A stretch of DNA of 64,000 nucleotides from Amoeboaphelidium protococcarum X5 (GCA_023515725.1 JALDTO010000206.1:392189-456188), one strand, 5' to 3'. Numbered from the stretch's first letter, positions 26,076 to 40,588 are shown. Notes: generated by a model from the sequence alone, not told the origin. Program-made: numbers and translations.

Positions 26076-27317
26076 ATGCTATAAGGACCATCATACTAAA
26101 GTGGATAACAATAAATAAACATTCGCGTCAATTAGGATCTAGAAAATTATTAAAGTGAAAGTGATGTACATACGGTGTTATCTGTAGAGTCCTTGAACGA
26201 TGAGAATTTGTAGTAAGAAGATTCTATGGAAGTAAGGTTGAATACTAACCGCTAATATTTGGATGAGATAGTACATGAATGGGAGTTTATGGGCTCTTCA
26301 TCCATTGTTCCAGATACTGCACGCTTTATAAAAAAGCCCACCGCGTCACAGTTGCAGCACTTGGTATTAAATCCTTATCTCTATCGCGGCCTGTAATAGA
26401 TTACGTCTTTGGAACACTTGGCGGAAATAGTCGGCGCTCCATCTACTTGGTTCGGTACTTATACGGAAAATGTAATGAACAATGCACTAATCCGCCGTTA
26501 TTTAAGAAACTTTGTAGATTTGGAAGATAACAGTCCTGAGATTGTGGTCCAAAGCGCATTTGATGACTTGGTTAGATATATTGGATTTTAATTGGGTATT
26601 TCCGTCACTAGCTCGTACTCTAGTCCTTTTGTGGTTGGCGCCCTGTTTGCAGATCCCACCTATGATGTCCGTGGTCAATCCGACACTATATTTAAGGGTT
26701 TATCAGGTAATCCTCTTTTAGCGACTGAGACCAAAAGAGCGACTGCTTTTCCCATCTCTAAATTATGGCACCATGGTTCTCGCGGGATATAAACACTTTG
26801 CTCTTTATATCGCACTGGTTGTCCGACAATACTCTACTCGTAGAAATGCTTTAAAGTATTCGTTGAAAATGATAGCCGAGATGCGATACTTACGTGGCCT
26901 TTTAATAGCGGCAATGTCAATCAAAGTGACTAGCCATACTCTAGAGAAAGGGTGGCGCGTTCTTATTCTCTCCAGGTCATGACCAGTGTCATAATGCAAG
27001 TTATTACAATATGCTTGCTGGCTGGTGGAGAGGACGATGAAGTCTCTTCCTTGATGCCTGTGGCTGTGGAAGCGACACCTTTGAAGAATATCCAGGCACC
27101 CATTACTGGCGCCTTTACGTTGGAGAAGGAGTAAGGTCGAAAGAGGAAGAGGGAAGACGATGCTTTGTCGAAAAAGTAGGGTCGCTCTGGTTCTCTTAGA
27201 AATATAGTTCCTTAATACATTTCAGGATATAGAGATGATGGGTAGCCTATTTACACCAAGATACGCGTAATGAATGAGTCGCAGCTTGAAGAACTGGAAA
27301 GAATATCAGAAGAGTGA
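26076..27317 (+). CDS. Hypothetical protein with a possible PD-(D/E)xK (REase-fold) domain, Crinkler-effector-like
   Basis: One frame under TAR=Gln; E..VQ..RGQSD..LLATETK..GIQTL pattern; basic RKRKR NLS-like motif. Confidence 0.5.
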
Positions 27318-27552
27318 GGTTGTTGACTACAGTTTGTTTATTAGGTGGCACCAACCGCAACCAGAGAAAGCTTAAATACAGTTTATTCTGTTTCAGACAT
27401 GACGCGCCTGTTCGGCTTCAAACAGATTTTTTTGCACTGCAACAGATCATTGTGACACAATCGATTAAGATAAATCCCAACCAATGGCTAAAGAACAATA
27501 GCCCGTGAGATAAACCTTTGGAATTCCTGGAATTCAAGTTGAAAACGAGAAT

Positions 27553-28131
27553 ATGGCTGCAGATGTTGAAGCAGATCAAGAGATCAATCCGGAACATGCA
27601 ATTTAAGCTCGCAATGATTCAGATTTACTAACCGCCAAGCGTGCCAGAAACGAAGTGGATGATTAGACGACTGTGCGCTCCAGAGTGAGATTATCTCTGG
27701 TTGAACAGCAGATGGTTCCATTGTTGTTTCCCGGTGTTGGTGCTTTAGCTGATGCGCCTCTATGGGCTTAGCAAATTGCAGCTGGTGTCAACCGTTTAGC
27801 CATTGATGTTAATCGTAATTCTGAAATGATGCGCGAGATTGAATACATAATGCTCACTGAAAAGAACAATCGCCGAGGTGACGGCTCTCTGCAGCCATAC
27901 GTTGAAATACCGCGTTACGTTAATGGAATCCGTGTCGTTCCCTCCACCCGTCGCTTAATCAGGGAGGAACTTCCAAACTTGATTCCTTTAAATACTCTGG
28001 CTGCCGTCAATGCACTGACAAGATAATAATTAGATCTGTATTTGGAATTTTATGGTATAGAGGCACCAAACTTGCTACAAGACAAAAAACAGGCTATACT
28101 AAACCACATCGGAAGTTCTGTTATACTTTGA
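27553..28131 (+). CDS. Mug135-like C-terminal domain protein
   Basis: APLWAQQ coiled region; LNTLAAVNALT..LDLYLEFYGI..KKQAILNHIG. Confidence 0.55.
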
Positions 28132-28287
28132 GTTGAATAAAATATGATTGCATTAAGAATATCATAGAAATATTGTTGCAATGATCTATTCTTCCCTTGA
28201 AATTTTCAGACAATTGATTCCAAAATCCTAGTTAATCTCTCGTTCAAAAAGTCGGTCGGTCCTCTCTTTAATCACAAGTGTGTTTGT

Positions 28288-29937
28288 ATGTCAACGCAGC
28301 ACAATCGCATGGATATACAAAGTGAGGCTAATATAGACGAGGTGCTCCAAGTAGAAAATGTGCCAATGGTTCATCCCTACCCCAGGAGCCAGAGAAATTA
28401 TTATGTACGTCCAACTTATAGGTTGACATTCGCGAAAATATGCGATTTGTTATATGAATCTACCGAAAACATTGATTATTTATCGATATCAGGCACTCCT
28501 GGAATTGGCAAGTCGGTATTCTATATGTATACTTTTCGCAAAATGCGCGATAAATATCCTGATACTACCATAATCATGGCGTCATTCGCAGCTGGCGATA
28601 TGGAGGAAGCTCTAGTCTTCCTTCCTCAAACGACAAAGCCGCAGTCGTTGGACTTGGAGCAGCTTGAGAGGGCAGATCGTGATTATCCTGGTGCCTTACA
28701 TTTGTATGATGGCGCTCCTAGAAAAATACCCAAAAAGAACAACGCTAAAATGATTGTATTCACGAGTCCTAACGAAGGGTGGTTTAACATTGTCCGGAAG
28801 TATTATAACCATTGCAAATTGTATATGGACGTCTGGAGTTTGAGAGAGCTGAATAATGCCGACAGTTTTCTGCAACTCAATATCGGTTCGGTGGAATTGC
28901 AGAAACGGTTCAATATCGTTGGAGGTGTCGCGCGACACTGCTTGACTACAGATCGAGAGTTCCGCAATGCTGTTAAGGATATCAATGAGGCTATTGGTAA
29001 GTTAACTTCGATCCGTGAACTCTACATGTGCATAACTGGTGTTTCTGTGCACACTATTGTTTCGCATAGATTATTGCATTTTCGTCCTATAGCTGGCGAT
29101 TAGACGGATTATGAAGTGGAATTTGGGTCCAGCCACATCAAAGGGAAACTTGCTTAAAGGTTTCGTGACTTTGTGCGGACAGAACGCGGTGAATTATTCC
29201 ATGTTTTATAGTTCGTGCCCAAAGGATCACAAATGCGTGGGTGGTTGTTTGAAAGCTGCGTTCATGATGCATTGTCTGTCGGTGGTGAATTTGAGTTGAA
29301 ACCACTTTTGGACTCGGTCTTGCCAAAAACGATAGTAATGAATCCTACTGTGGATCAGTTGATTTTAGAGTTTAACTACTGGTTTGACGGCGGCACATAC
29401 ACCATGCCATCGAAAGACAATAATGAATTGATCGATTCTTGGTACCTGTCGTCCACGAAAAAGCAACTGATTCTATTCTAAGCCACCGTTTCAGCTCACC
29501 ATCCGATTAAGGCCCGTGGAGTTTTGTCTTTACTAAAAGGAAAGTTGGATATGTTAGACTAATTTATGCAGGGCAGCTTGGAGGTCATTTTAGTATTCAT
29601 CGTACCTAAAAGACTGGCGGATACTTTTATAGCGCAAGAATTCTAGATGGCGCCTGATTCGGCATTATCTGATTTGAAGTCCCTGTCACTGTCAGACATT
29701 GCTGGTATTGGGAAAACAAAAGCTGATAGGCTAAAAGAAAGTTGGACGTTTACTGGTGAACAACTGTACGATAATGTGGACCAGAATCCCAATGATGAGC
29801 GGATCAAATCCGTCAAGAAATGCTGCGTGAAATCTCATGAACTTGGACCAGTTTTAGAAAAGATCTGCCGCATTGATCAATTTGTCTTGGGATTGGACAC
29901 GAAATAAACTTTATCTACTCTAAGCTTTCATCTTTGA
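28288..29937 (+). CDS. Crinkler/RHS-type effector: P-loop NTPase + REase-like nuclease + helix-hairpin-helix
   Basis: YYVRPTY, ISGTPGIGKSVF, LYDG, VFTSP, LYMDVWSLREL, VGGVARHC, GWLFE, NNELIDSW..LFQATVSAHHPIK, LSDIAGIGKTKA. Confidence 0.8.
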
Positions 29938-30432
29938 CTCATCATCTTTGTGATTGTACCTTATCCTTGACGCGTTTCAGCATTACATGTTTCATCTTAA
30001 TCCTTAATTGAAGCATTCCAGCTCTTCAATTTCATTTAAACACTATAAGAACGTTTCAAGAGGACGATAGTCACCAAGCAGACGAGGCTCAGCTCCATAA
30101 AGCATCTAGAATTGAGAATAACTGGTATCGGTGAAAGCATGACTATGTACGCGATACCATAAACAGTTTGATCCAAATGCTAATCCCATCTTTCCGATAA
30201 TCCCAACTTGATTTTGTAAGTGCATTATTCAATGGAGAGTGCATTCGATAGTCCAAGCCGTTTGTCGATCAATGCTCATTCAGTCAAGTGCTTCACTTCT
30301 TTTTTTCTCTTTCGTACGTGTGTTTCGCTTTTTGTTTAGCTCGAAATTGAACTATTCACTCTGCGCAAAATTACATTTGTATTTTCAAAATCTACTGAAA
30401 AGCCATTTGGATTAATACTTCACTAAATTGCA

Positions 30433-32901
30433 ATGAAGCTTCCTATAATTGTAATTGATAGAGTGATTCTACCTGGTGGCACTATTAGACTGTCGGTTAG
30501 CGATGACGTGTCAGCTATTGATGGTGTAGACAGTATAGTTATTGGGTATCGTCGCATGTCCGGTGAAGAGATTAATCAAGTGGGAGTGTTGGCCAAGATT
30601 ATAGGGACCGTGTCGTTGAATGAAAAGATGTTTATCATGGCTAGAGCTGCGCTGAGAGTCAGAATTTTGAATACTGATGGTGATTCCGTTGTCGAGGTTG
30701 AACTACTAAAAGTCGCTGAAGCAGAATCGGCTCAATTTGCTGATAGATTAAATTAGATCCGCAAGTCTATTTTGGACATGTTCCGCGGCACCAATTATTA
30801 TGGTCTCTTAAAGTAGCTGTAGACTCTAGATATCTGTGATTAATTTGTAAACTTGTTGGGTGATGGTGTGGATAATACAGTTCGGCTGTCAGTGTTGAAT
30901 TCTTTAAAGATTGAGGATCGTCTGACTCTAGTTGAGAATATTATTGAATCTCATGGCTCAAAGTTTCCCTTAAGAAATACTCAGAATCAACGGGCTATTA
31001 CTGATTCTAAACTTTCGTAATCTGGATAAAGGTAGAATGGGAGGCGAAACTTTAGTAAAAGCGATAGTGGCGACGACAGTATGGATGATTAGGACGAATT
31101 ACGTCAATTGATAAAGAGAATTTAGGATGCATAATTACCTGAATTCGTTCACTCTCAAGTTATGAAGGAGTTTAAGCGAATGAGTAAAATGCAGAATGTT
31201 CAGGCAGAGTTTTCAGTGTTGCGAACGTGGATTGAGACTGTATTGGATCTGCCGTGGAATCAAGATAAAGATGACCATTTGCAAGATGTTGATATTGCTG
31301 CTGCATAAAAAGTATTGGACCGTGATCATTATGGATTAGATTAGGTGAAGAGGCGAATTCTAGAGTATTTAGCTGTTCGAAAGTTGAATAAATCTGTGAA
31401 AGGTCCTATTATTTGTCTTGTCGGATCACCCGGTGTCGGAAAGACTTCACTCGGTAAAAGCATCGCTGCGGCTTTGAATCGCAAATTTCATCGAATTTCA
31501 CTTGGTGGTGTGCGTGATGTAGCCGAGATAAAAGGACATAGACGAACGTACGTCGGAGCTCTTCCTGGTCTCATTATACAGGCATTGAAGTAGTGCAAGT
31601 CGAAAAATCCGGTTATATTACTGGACGAAATTGAAAAAATGGGTCGAGATGCTTTCCGAGGTGATCCTGTCAGTGCCATGCTGGAAGTTTTGGATTACGA
31701 GCAGAATAATACGTTTACTGACTTGTACATGGGACTTCCATTTGATTTGAGCCAGGTTATCTTTATCTGCACTGCTAATACTTTAGATAATGTACCCGCT
31801 CCACTTCTTGATCGTATGGAAGTTGTACGTATAGCTGGATACACTCTGGACGAAAAGTTGCACATTGCTCAACAGTACTTGCTTCAAAAGTAATTGCAAG
31901 CTAATGGATTGTTAAATGAAGATGTTGAAATGTCACAATCTACATTACAGGATTTGTGTGTGAATTACACGGCAGAAGCTGGTGTGAGGAACTTGGAGCG
32001 AAAGATTGCAGCTATTTGTCGCCACATAGCAATGAAAAAGGCCGGCAGTGGTAGTAATATAGATTCGAAATTTGCTTCTATCAATATCACGCCGTAAATG
32101 CTGATTGATATTCTTGGTCCGGGTAGAGCTGAATAGGATATAAATAGTCGATTGTAAGTGGCCGGTGTATCTGCTGGTCTGGCTTATACCTCGGATGGAT
32201 CAGGTGCACTGTTATTTATTGAGTGCACTGCTTACCGGTCGAGTGGCCCTTCTGCTCAGCTTCTTCTTACTGGAAAACTTGGAGATGTGATGAAAGAATC
32301 TGCTCAGGCTGCACTATCCTGGGTTAGATCCAATATCAATTCTATTAGATTAAGCGAATAGTTTTCTTCAATCGCTCACAGTCGCAGCTCTCTGTTGAGC
32401 CTACCATAGCCGGATCATGTTGATATAGGTTCTATGCACTAGGCAAACCCGCAGGTAAGCAATAGTTCTGGTCAGTTTAAATACCCGTTGGATGTACATA
32501 TACATTTCCCTGCGGCCGCAGTGTCTAAGGACGGTCCTAGTGCAGGAGTCGCAATTGCAGTTGCTCTGGTTTCCCTCTTCTCTGGACGTGTATGCCGTCC
32601 TGACACAGCCCTGGCTGGGGAGATCACATTACATGGTCAAGTGCTACCCGTTGGTGGAATCAAGGAAAAGCTTATAGCTGCGCATCGCTGTGGAGTAAAA
32701 AGAGTTATCATTCCGGATTAGAATAGTCGTGATGTTGTACATGAAGTTCCTGACCGTGTCAAAGCTGGACTGGACATTATATATGCAAAGTCAATTTTTG
32801 ATGTAATCAAAGCTGCCTTCCCTGGATCAGATTCTCCTGTGATTATGAACGATACCTCTGATCAGTCATCATAGACTTCCCTATAGCGTAGTAAATTGTG
32901 A
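30433..32901 (+). CDS. LONP2: Peroxisomal Lon protease (LONP2-like)
   Basis: [47 protein letters not shown]; C-terminal SKL (PTS1) just before TGA. Confidence 0.92.
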
Positions 32902-33090
32902 ATTGTTTGAGTATATGGAATACATTGATTACCGTAAATTCTCATTTATTGTGGGTTGCACACCGGCGTTGATAATTTTAAGGGGCTCCGATGGAATGGA
33001 ACACTCACTCATGTTCATTAAATACTCGTATCTTCAATCAGTACAGTTTAAATCACTCGGCCTCTCAAAGATATCAATTTAGAATAGTCA

Positions 33091-33891
33091 ATGTCGTTCA
33101 TTTCACCTTTAAGAGTCTTTTTATTTGTAGGTACTGTGGGATCTGCTATCGGCGCATTGCTAGGCCTGTTGGTGCTGTTGAACGATGAAGTGCGCGCCAA
33201 ATTGATGGCGGACGATATGGTCAAACCGGTGCTCATGGGTGCATGGAGATAGCCTGGCACTTTTGAACCTCATTACACCGTATTCAATAAAATGCCATTA
33301 CCTGTTGTGATATCCCACTTTATCGCTGCGTTTGTGTGGATGTTATGCGTTCCATTTTAGTTATATCCTAGGCTGCGCCACAATTACAAGCGTGTACATC
33401 GCGCAATTGGATATGTGTTCATGACATCTGGAATGGTGCTTGTAATTAGCGGATATGGCATGATCTTGTCCAAGATGTATACATCATCCTTTTAGGAGTC
33501 GGTGCTGAATTTGAGATCAGCATTCACTCTTTTCGGGGTGGCCGTGTCATGCGCTCTCACTGCGGCGTTATCCAATGCACGCGCCAAGGATTTTGATCAA
33601 CACAGAGCATGGATAGTCCGCGCAATTTGTTTGGGCATGACTGGGTTTTATGCGCGTATAATATCCGTTGGACCATTGAATGCTCATGGCTACCAATGGC
33701 TGACCAGAACTAAAGTGTTGCCTGCTGTTGGCACTGATGAAGCAGCACTACTAGAACGTCTCGTGTTTGGTTACGCTGAATGGATTGCTTTCGCATTAAT
33801 GGTGATTTTGGCTGAGATTTGGGTAATTCCTCAATTCAAAGATAAGAAGCCGCTAGAGAATAAAGCATAACTAAATAGCTCCAAGGCTTGA
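33091..33891 (+). CDS. DUF2306-like membrane protein
   Basis: HFIAA..PFQLYPRLR..VHRAIGYVF, DFDQHRAWIVR; several TM helices. Confidence 0.7.
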
Positions 33892-34011
33892 GCTTAAAGT
33901 TCATTTTAACAGGTAGTTTTAATTTAAAATAAGAGAATAAATCCAATTTATGCTTCAAATCACCGTCTTTCATCTAATTGGAAATGCAGCACCTACAGTA
34001 CAGTACTTCGA

Positions 34012-35671
34012 TCAACGAAGTTCAGTCCAAATCAGAGGAAGCATGATGGCAGCAGCGACATATAGCACATACAAAGATAATATTACATTTACAGGCAGAC
34101 ACAAAATAGTATACAGAACATAGTTAAAGGAGTACAAAAACTGAAATGCGCGCAACATGAAGAATTGACCGTTGTTTTCCAGTCTGGCGACTTCAGACAA
34201 GTAGGATTAACGAGGAAGTAATACATCTTACATAGGCTTCCAAGGACGCGATATGATAGATCCCATACCATAGAACGCCACCGAAAAGAAATGCAGATAA
34301 AGTACCAGCGGTTTACGCGTAATTCCAGTCAATAATCCCACAGGATGTCTCATAAATATACCACCAAGTCCCAAATAATCAAAACACGATCTTCTGAGGA
34401 TATCCAAAGCCAAGTCATCGCCTGCTGAGAAGAGTCGATATAGAGCCATTGCGAGAATATTGATGGCACTAGAATAAAATTTTCTGTTGTAATACAATAA
34501 TGGAAACTGTTCTTTTAACAATACTTTACCAGCTCTTGACTTCCATGAGACGTTCTTAACATCAATTAAAAGATCTTTCAACAAAACTACATCATTCAGT
34601 GCGACAGTCATGCCACCACCAGTCAATGGATGTCGCATATTCCAAGCATCGCCGAGCAAGAGTAAACCGTCGCGACCTTAAGGCTTCGCAGGTAAAAAGC
34701 TATTAGGCATGACTCTTAGTCGCTGGGTATCCAACGCCTCATAAAAGGACTTCTGCGTCTCCTTAGGAAGCTGAGGCCCAACAACATCCCTCATGTATTG
34801 TTTCAAGTCACCATTAGAATTAGATGGAAGTTTCCCGGGAATATCAACCAAAATTCTAGTATCCTGGCTACCTATTTGATACAACAGAATGGGACTAGGA
34901 GAGGCAAGAATGACATGTCCATGTCTAGGCATTGGTAGCAGGCAGTCTTTAAGAACAAGGCCGACAAAATGAGATGCCGTCTATGGCGCGTAATGATGAA
35001 TTTCCGAGCGAAACTTGCTAAAGCACCCGTCCGCAGCAATGGTCAGATCTGCGTGCAGTGTAACTTCAGACTTGTCTTTTTATATACATTAGACTCCCGT
35101 GATAATGGCTTCCTCTTCACTATCGCCGCGCATTTGTTTACAGAGTGACTTCACGGTACCTTCAACAATCTCCACGCGACCGTTGGTGCCAAGGCAAGCC
35201 TGTCGCAAAGCTTAAACAAACTTGCCATGATGAAAAGAACATCCACGCAGCTGTTCAGTAGCTTACAATTTTTCATTAAAGACGTCCAAGTAAGGCAACG
35301 GAACGATTTCGTCTCCGTAAAATAGACCATAGCCTTCATTGAACACAGCATCGATGCCCTCCAAACAGTGACGTAATCCCAATTTCTACAGAGCCAGCAC
35401 ACCGCCAGGTTGTAACAACTCTCCAACGATTCGATCAGGTTCGCTCCAATCTCGCTCTACACTATGAAGTATAATTCTAATAGTCAGATTGGTATGAGTA
35501 CTTTTATAAAAGTAAAATTGGAAAATGCCTACCTATTAACGTAACTTTGATGCCTTCATGTTGAGATAGTGCATAGGCGAGAGCACACCCAGCGATTCCT
35601 GCTCCAACCACAATCACGCTATTCTCAACAACGCTTTGAGATCCAGTATAAGTACAATCTTCGACAGTCAT
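34012..35671 (-). CDS. ERG1: Squalene epoxidase; intron near 35463-35533
   Basis: VIVVGAGIAG, ERDWSEPDRIVGELLQPGG, ADGCFSKFR, LGDAWNMRHPLTGGGMTVALND. Confidence 0.92.
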
Positions 35672-36158
35672 AATACCAGCGACCTATTAGAATGTGACTT
35701 TAGCTCTGGAAGAGTGGACAAGAGCAAAAAAAACACTGCGATCTTTACAAAAGTGGCGTCTCTCGTGTTTCAAGAAACTATTTTTCTCAATCGCTCAGGG
35801 GGCTCAAACCGCGTAAAATCTGAATCTCTCTATCTGCAGAAGGAGTAACAGTAACAGACACTCTTAAATCGATAAAAATCAAACTAAAAAAATAAAGCTG
35901 AATAATATTGATGAATTTACAGTGATGAATCAAGTTTATTGCCAACTATCCATGACGAAAGACAGACAATTCTCAACCATGTTTCAACCGTGGCGTTCTT
36001 TAAGGGGAATGAATGTTCATCGTTCTGCCCCGATCACTTCGTCTTTCAGTCGGTCACGCTTGATGAGCTAATCACCCATCATGTTTCCTTCCTCATTTGT
36101 TCGGCGCGCTTGCACGTAACACACACAAAACTAAAGATCAACACATATACATTCAATA

Positions 36159-39053
36159 ATGATTTGGCAATAGATTAGAGCGCTCTTGGTCAAGAACTGG
36201 ATTCTATAGCGACGTAATATATGGAGCACGTTGGTTTAGGCGCTTATTCCAGTGCTAATTGTCAGTTTAATTGGTGTGTTCTAGATCATTATCAATAATG
36301 AATTGGCGCGATTTAATGATTAAATGCAGGCTCAAGATTTTTCACCTTACTATCTGGGCGATATTACTCCCAAGAATGGCTCTCTATCTGGTCTTCCCTA
36401 TTTCTATTTTGTGGTTAAGAATAATAAGCAGTCTAGCGATATTGGTCGCCGCACGATTGATGGTAAGCTTGGTGGTCTGTTGGCTCAGACGCAGAATATA
36501 TCTCTACCATTCTATAGATTTCCTATATTTAAGCGGTTCTCCACGTTGACTGATTTGAATTTTCGTCTATATGAACAGCATAATTACTGGCGAGAGTTAT
36601 TACAAGACAGAGATGGTATTTAGCCAAAGTTGTCTAAAGCTTAGCGGAAGATTGCCCTTGAAATTGCGCAGAATGCTTTGCTTAGCCGTAACTTTACTTC
36701 TCTGATTCCGCAAGGTGCATTTGTGTTTAATGACTATCAGAAAAAGTCTGGTGCTGGTAATTTTAAAGCTGATATCACTTTGATGCCCGCTGGGCGATAT
36801 GGTGGGTGGTTTCCTTCTATAGATCCCAAGAGTGGTCGGATGAGCATTTTTCAATTGGCATATCCAGAGGCTGATCGCATTGGATCGGAGCTGAATTTGA
36901 TAAATAATGCTTTGCTCAGGGATTTTGTGCGCGTTAATATCCAGAATTCATCTTCAATTCCATCCATCAAAACTTATTATTAAGGAATGCCCGAGAAATC
37001 TGCCCCGTCATTCGATCTTGGATCTGTCGCTGGTGCGTATCTGCTATGCTTTGCGGTATCTTTTATGCTACCCGTTTTTGTTACCAATATCGTTGTGGAC
37101 AAGGAGGATAAGATTTTAATGATGATGAGAATGTCTGGTCTTGATATAAAAGTGTATTGGCTGGTGTCGTACGTTTACAATATGTTATCGTATCTACTGG
37201 TGTTTGGATTGACTTGGCTTACTGGATTTCTCTTCAGTATGAAAGTATTTACGGAGACTAGCTGGGTCGTGATATTGGTGTCTTTTCTGTTGTGGGGAAA
37301 TGTTTTGATTTCACTATCATTCCTACTGTCTACAGTGTTCAACTCTGCGCGCTCCTCCTCCATAGTGTCATATTTCCTAATCATAGCCTCTGTTATCGTA
37401 AGTAATCTTCTCAATGCTACAGTTTTTATGAATTCAACGCCACCATTATGGTGGTTTATTCTGTGGCCTCCGTTTGCTTTTTACCGCTTAATCTTTATCA
37501 TATCTGATGCCTGCATTAATCTCCTTTGTTTAACTTCCCGATCTCTAATTGATGGCACCGTAAATGGGGCTCGCACTGCCAATGGCTCGGAAGATAGTCT
37601 AACGTTGACCAGTGCCACGTAATTTAGTACTATTCTATTAATCATGCTGGTATAGTCTGTTGTAATGTTCGTGCTCAGTTGGTATATCTACGAGATTTTA
37701 CCTAAAGAGTATGGTGTTTAAAGAAATTGGCTCTTTCCATTTGAGGGTGTATTTGGATGGCGGAGTGGGAGTAAGTTGTAAACCCAATAGTAGTCATAGT
37801 CTTTACCAGGATCTGCTTCTGTCTTGATTGAAGAGCAGTCGGATATTGGTGGTGAGAGCGATTTATTATTGATGGATGAGGATGTTCGGCGCGAAAGAGA
37901 TCATGTCTTGAACGACGGAGATAGTGTTGAATCTTCACTCATTATCAATGGATTGACCAAACGATATGCCGGGTGTGAAGATGTGGCTTTGAAGCCATTC
38001 TATCTGCGTATGGCCAAAGGCGAAGTTTTTGGACTGTTGGGTGCAAATGGAGCTGCCAAGACTACATTGATATCTTGTCTCACTGGACTACTATAGCCTT
38101 CGGGCGGAAATGCATTTTACGACAATATGTAATTGGACATCGTCAATGACATGGTACAAATTTAGAAATCTATAGGTGTCTGCATGCAATTTGATGTATA
38201 TTACTCCAAGTTGTCGTGTGAGGAGCATTTGATCTTCTTTGCAGGTTTGAAAGGTGTACCATAATCACAGTTGAAAGCTAAAGTCTCACAAGTTCTAGAC
38301 ATTGTTGGCCTATTGAGTGATAGACACAAGCTTGCTAAGTAACTCAGTGGAGGAATGCGGAGGCGTCTATCTCTGGCCATTGCTTTGATAGGCGACCCAC
38401 AAGTTTTATTCTTGGATGAACCTTCATCTGGATTAGATATTGTTACCAGACGTCACTTATGGGAAGTTTTTAGTCTTGTTTATGAAGCCAGAAGAGCCAG
38501 CAGTGATCCGTTGACTGTAATTCTGACAACACACAACATTGATGAGGCGGATCGTTTGTGCAATCGAGTTGGAATCATGTCCCATGGGTAGCTGAATTGT
38601 ATTGGCGCGCCTGATTATTTGAAATAGAAGTTTAGTGTTGGTCACACTTTAACATTAAATGTTGCACGTCTTAGTTCCGAGTAAAGCAGCAGTGGTCTTA
38701 GCGATTTTGAGTTGGCTGATTTTGTTGTGGAAGCAGTTGAAGGAGCAATCTGTCCGCACTTGTCCACTCATTGTAATTCTGCATTGTACTCTTTTACTTC
38801 ACGGCGCTTCCGCTATTAAATGCCGATTGTATCCTGTGGAAGTATTCTAAAAGTATCCATCATTCCAAAGACTGATATTGATGGTGCTTAATCTATATAA
38901 TGGTCCTCCGCCATGAGTTTGATGGCCAAAGCCAAAGAGAGTCGCCTCGCACTGAAAGCTGGCCGTGAATTGAACTTTACCATACTGGATTACGAAATCA
39001 CGGAAACCTCTCTACAAGATGTGTTTATTAAGGTTTTGAAGGACGTGGATTGA
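36159..39053 (+). CDS. Half-size ABCA-family transporter
   Basis: QIRALLVKNW N-terminus, IVVDKEDKILMMMRMSGL, Walker A GANGAAKTT, LSGGMRRRLSLA, FLDEPSSGLD, TSLQDVFIKV. Confidence 0.88.
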
Positions 39054-39129
39054 ATCCGGAATAAACCTTAATTTATTGTTTAATAATTTGTCTTTCTTGA
39101 GTCTGTACTTGACACTATCATACGCGTCA

Positions 39130-40588
39130 ATACAGTTTCAGCTCATTTGTACTGTAGTCCGGTCTATGATGGAAGGCGATGTTCTTAGCATGGCTGTTAA
39201 AGGTTGGTAATCGGATAATCACTGACCAAATCTAACACACTCTTTCGTTTGGTTCAACTAATGGACACATAGCCCGCAAAGGTGGGGAGTTGAGATTAAT
39301 TCCATCTGCTAACATCAAAAGAGCATCAGCGTAAAAGCCAACATCTTTCAAATGCAAAGCTTCCAGGGGTGAAAACTGCAATAATTCAGCCAAGGAGGCG
39401 CAACACGCAGCTGACAAGGCATTATGATTGAAATTAACATCCTTGACGCGATTCAACTCGAGAAGGGATTCCACCAGCAGAGCAAAGGAATGGCTTGTTC
39501 TTTTTTACAAGGCAAACATATGAGAACCATCAAATGATTGCAGACATACCAATTTGTCTAGGCAGGAGCACAATGCTCTAATCCCGGATACTGAATATGA
39601 GCGCCCTCCAACTCCCAAATGATCTAAAAATGCTCCAAAATGTTACGTGGGCTGCCCGTATTATTAATACCGGCAGAGACACGGGAACCACCGTTCCAAT
39701 GGACGTATTTGTCAGTCATGGAAAACACCATTTCCAGATAATATTATATTTAATTACTCAAAATTCCTATTCCAAAAAATCCCCCCAAAGAAAAGAGGCG
39801 ACAAACTCCTGGTCACCAATCACTCGTTAACGCGTCAATCTTCATAACTTGACCGACCGTTAACGCCTCTAACACAAAAAGTCGAGCATCCCGCTCCAAG
39901 CCCGTCAAGTCGCTTGGTTCTTCAACAATCAAAGCATCTTAGGCCAAGTTATAGTGCTTCAGAGCTTGCTGTATTCCACCTTAAGACATCTCTAGACATT
40001 ATAGGCAGCGCTGTATCTAATCCAGCTCCCATTCACCCTCTCTTTCAACAAACACGGATTTGACTACAGGCAAATTTTGCTCGCGTTTCACAGCCTGAGC
40101 ACACAGATCCTGTTACAGGAATAATACAATTGTTTTGCAACATAAATTGTTGAACTAATCTCAGATTATTCTCATAAATGTCACCCTCTTCATCATCCTT
40201 GTACTGTTCTTACATACACTTGGCTACATAATTACATGCTGTACCAAGAGACTTTATTAAAAGACTATCTCCAAACTTAATCCCACGCATGGCCTTCACT
40301 ACTGGACGGATGTAAGATTTAACAATATTTCCCTACTCAATCTCAAAGACAGCCAGACGTAATAGGTTCTCAATAATTCAATAGGATAAGATATGGAAGA
40401 TATTGTAACCTTAAAGTACGAAAACTATCAAATCACATATTAAATATCCCTTACCCTAACAAAACGCTTTATCATCAACAGTTGTTCATTTTCCATCTCA
40501 GCCTAATTCTGTCCAATCTTTGTCAATTTAGCATTAATAGGATTCAGCTCATTCTTAACAGTTCTTAACTTTATTCAATTGCGGCCAT
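39130..40588 (-). pseudogene. Disrupted gene with a helical/TPR-like N-terminal part and an RI-like LRR C-terminal part
   Basis: LRR-like VKDVNFNHNALSAACCASLAELL..LEALHLKDVG; upstream helical blocks broken by frameshifts and TGA; boundaries approximate. Confidence 0.35.
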
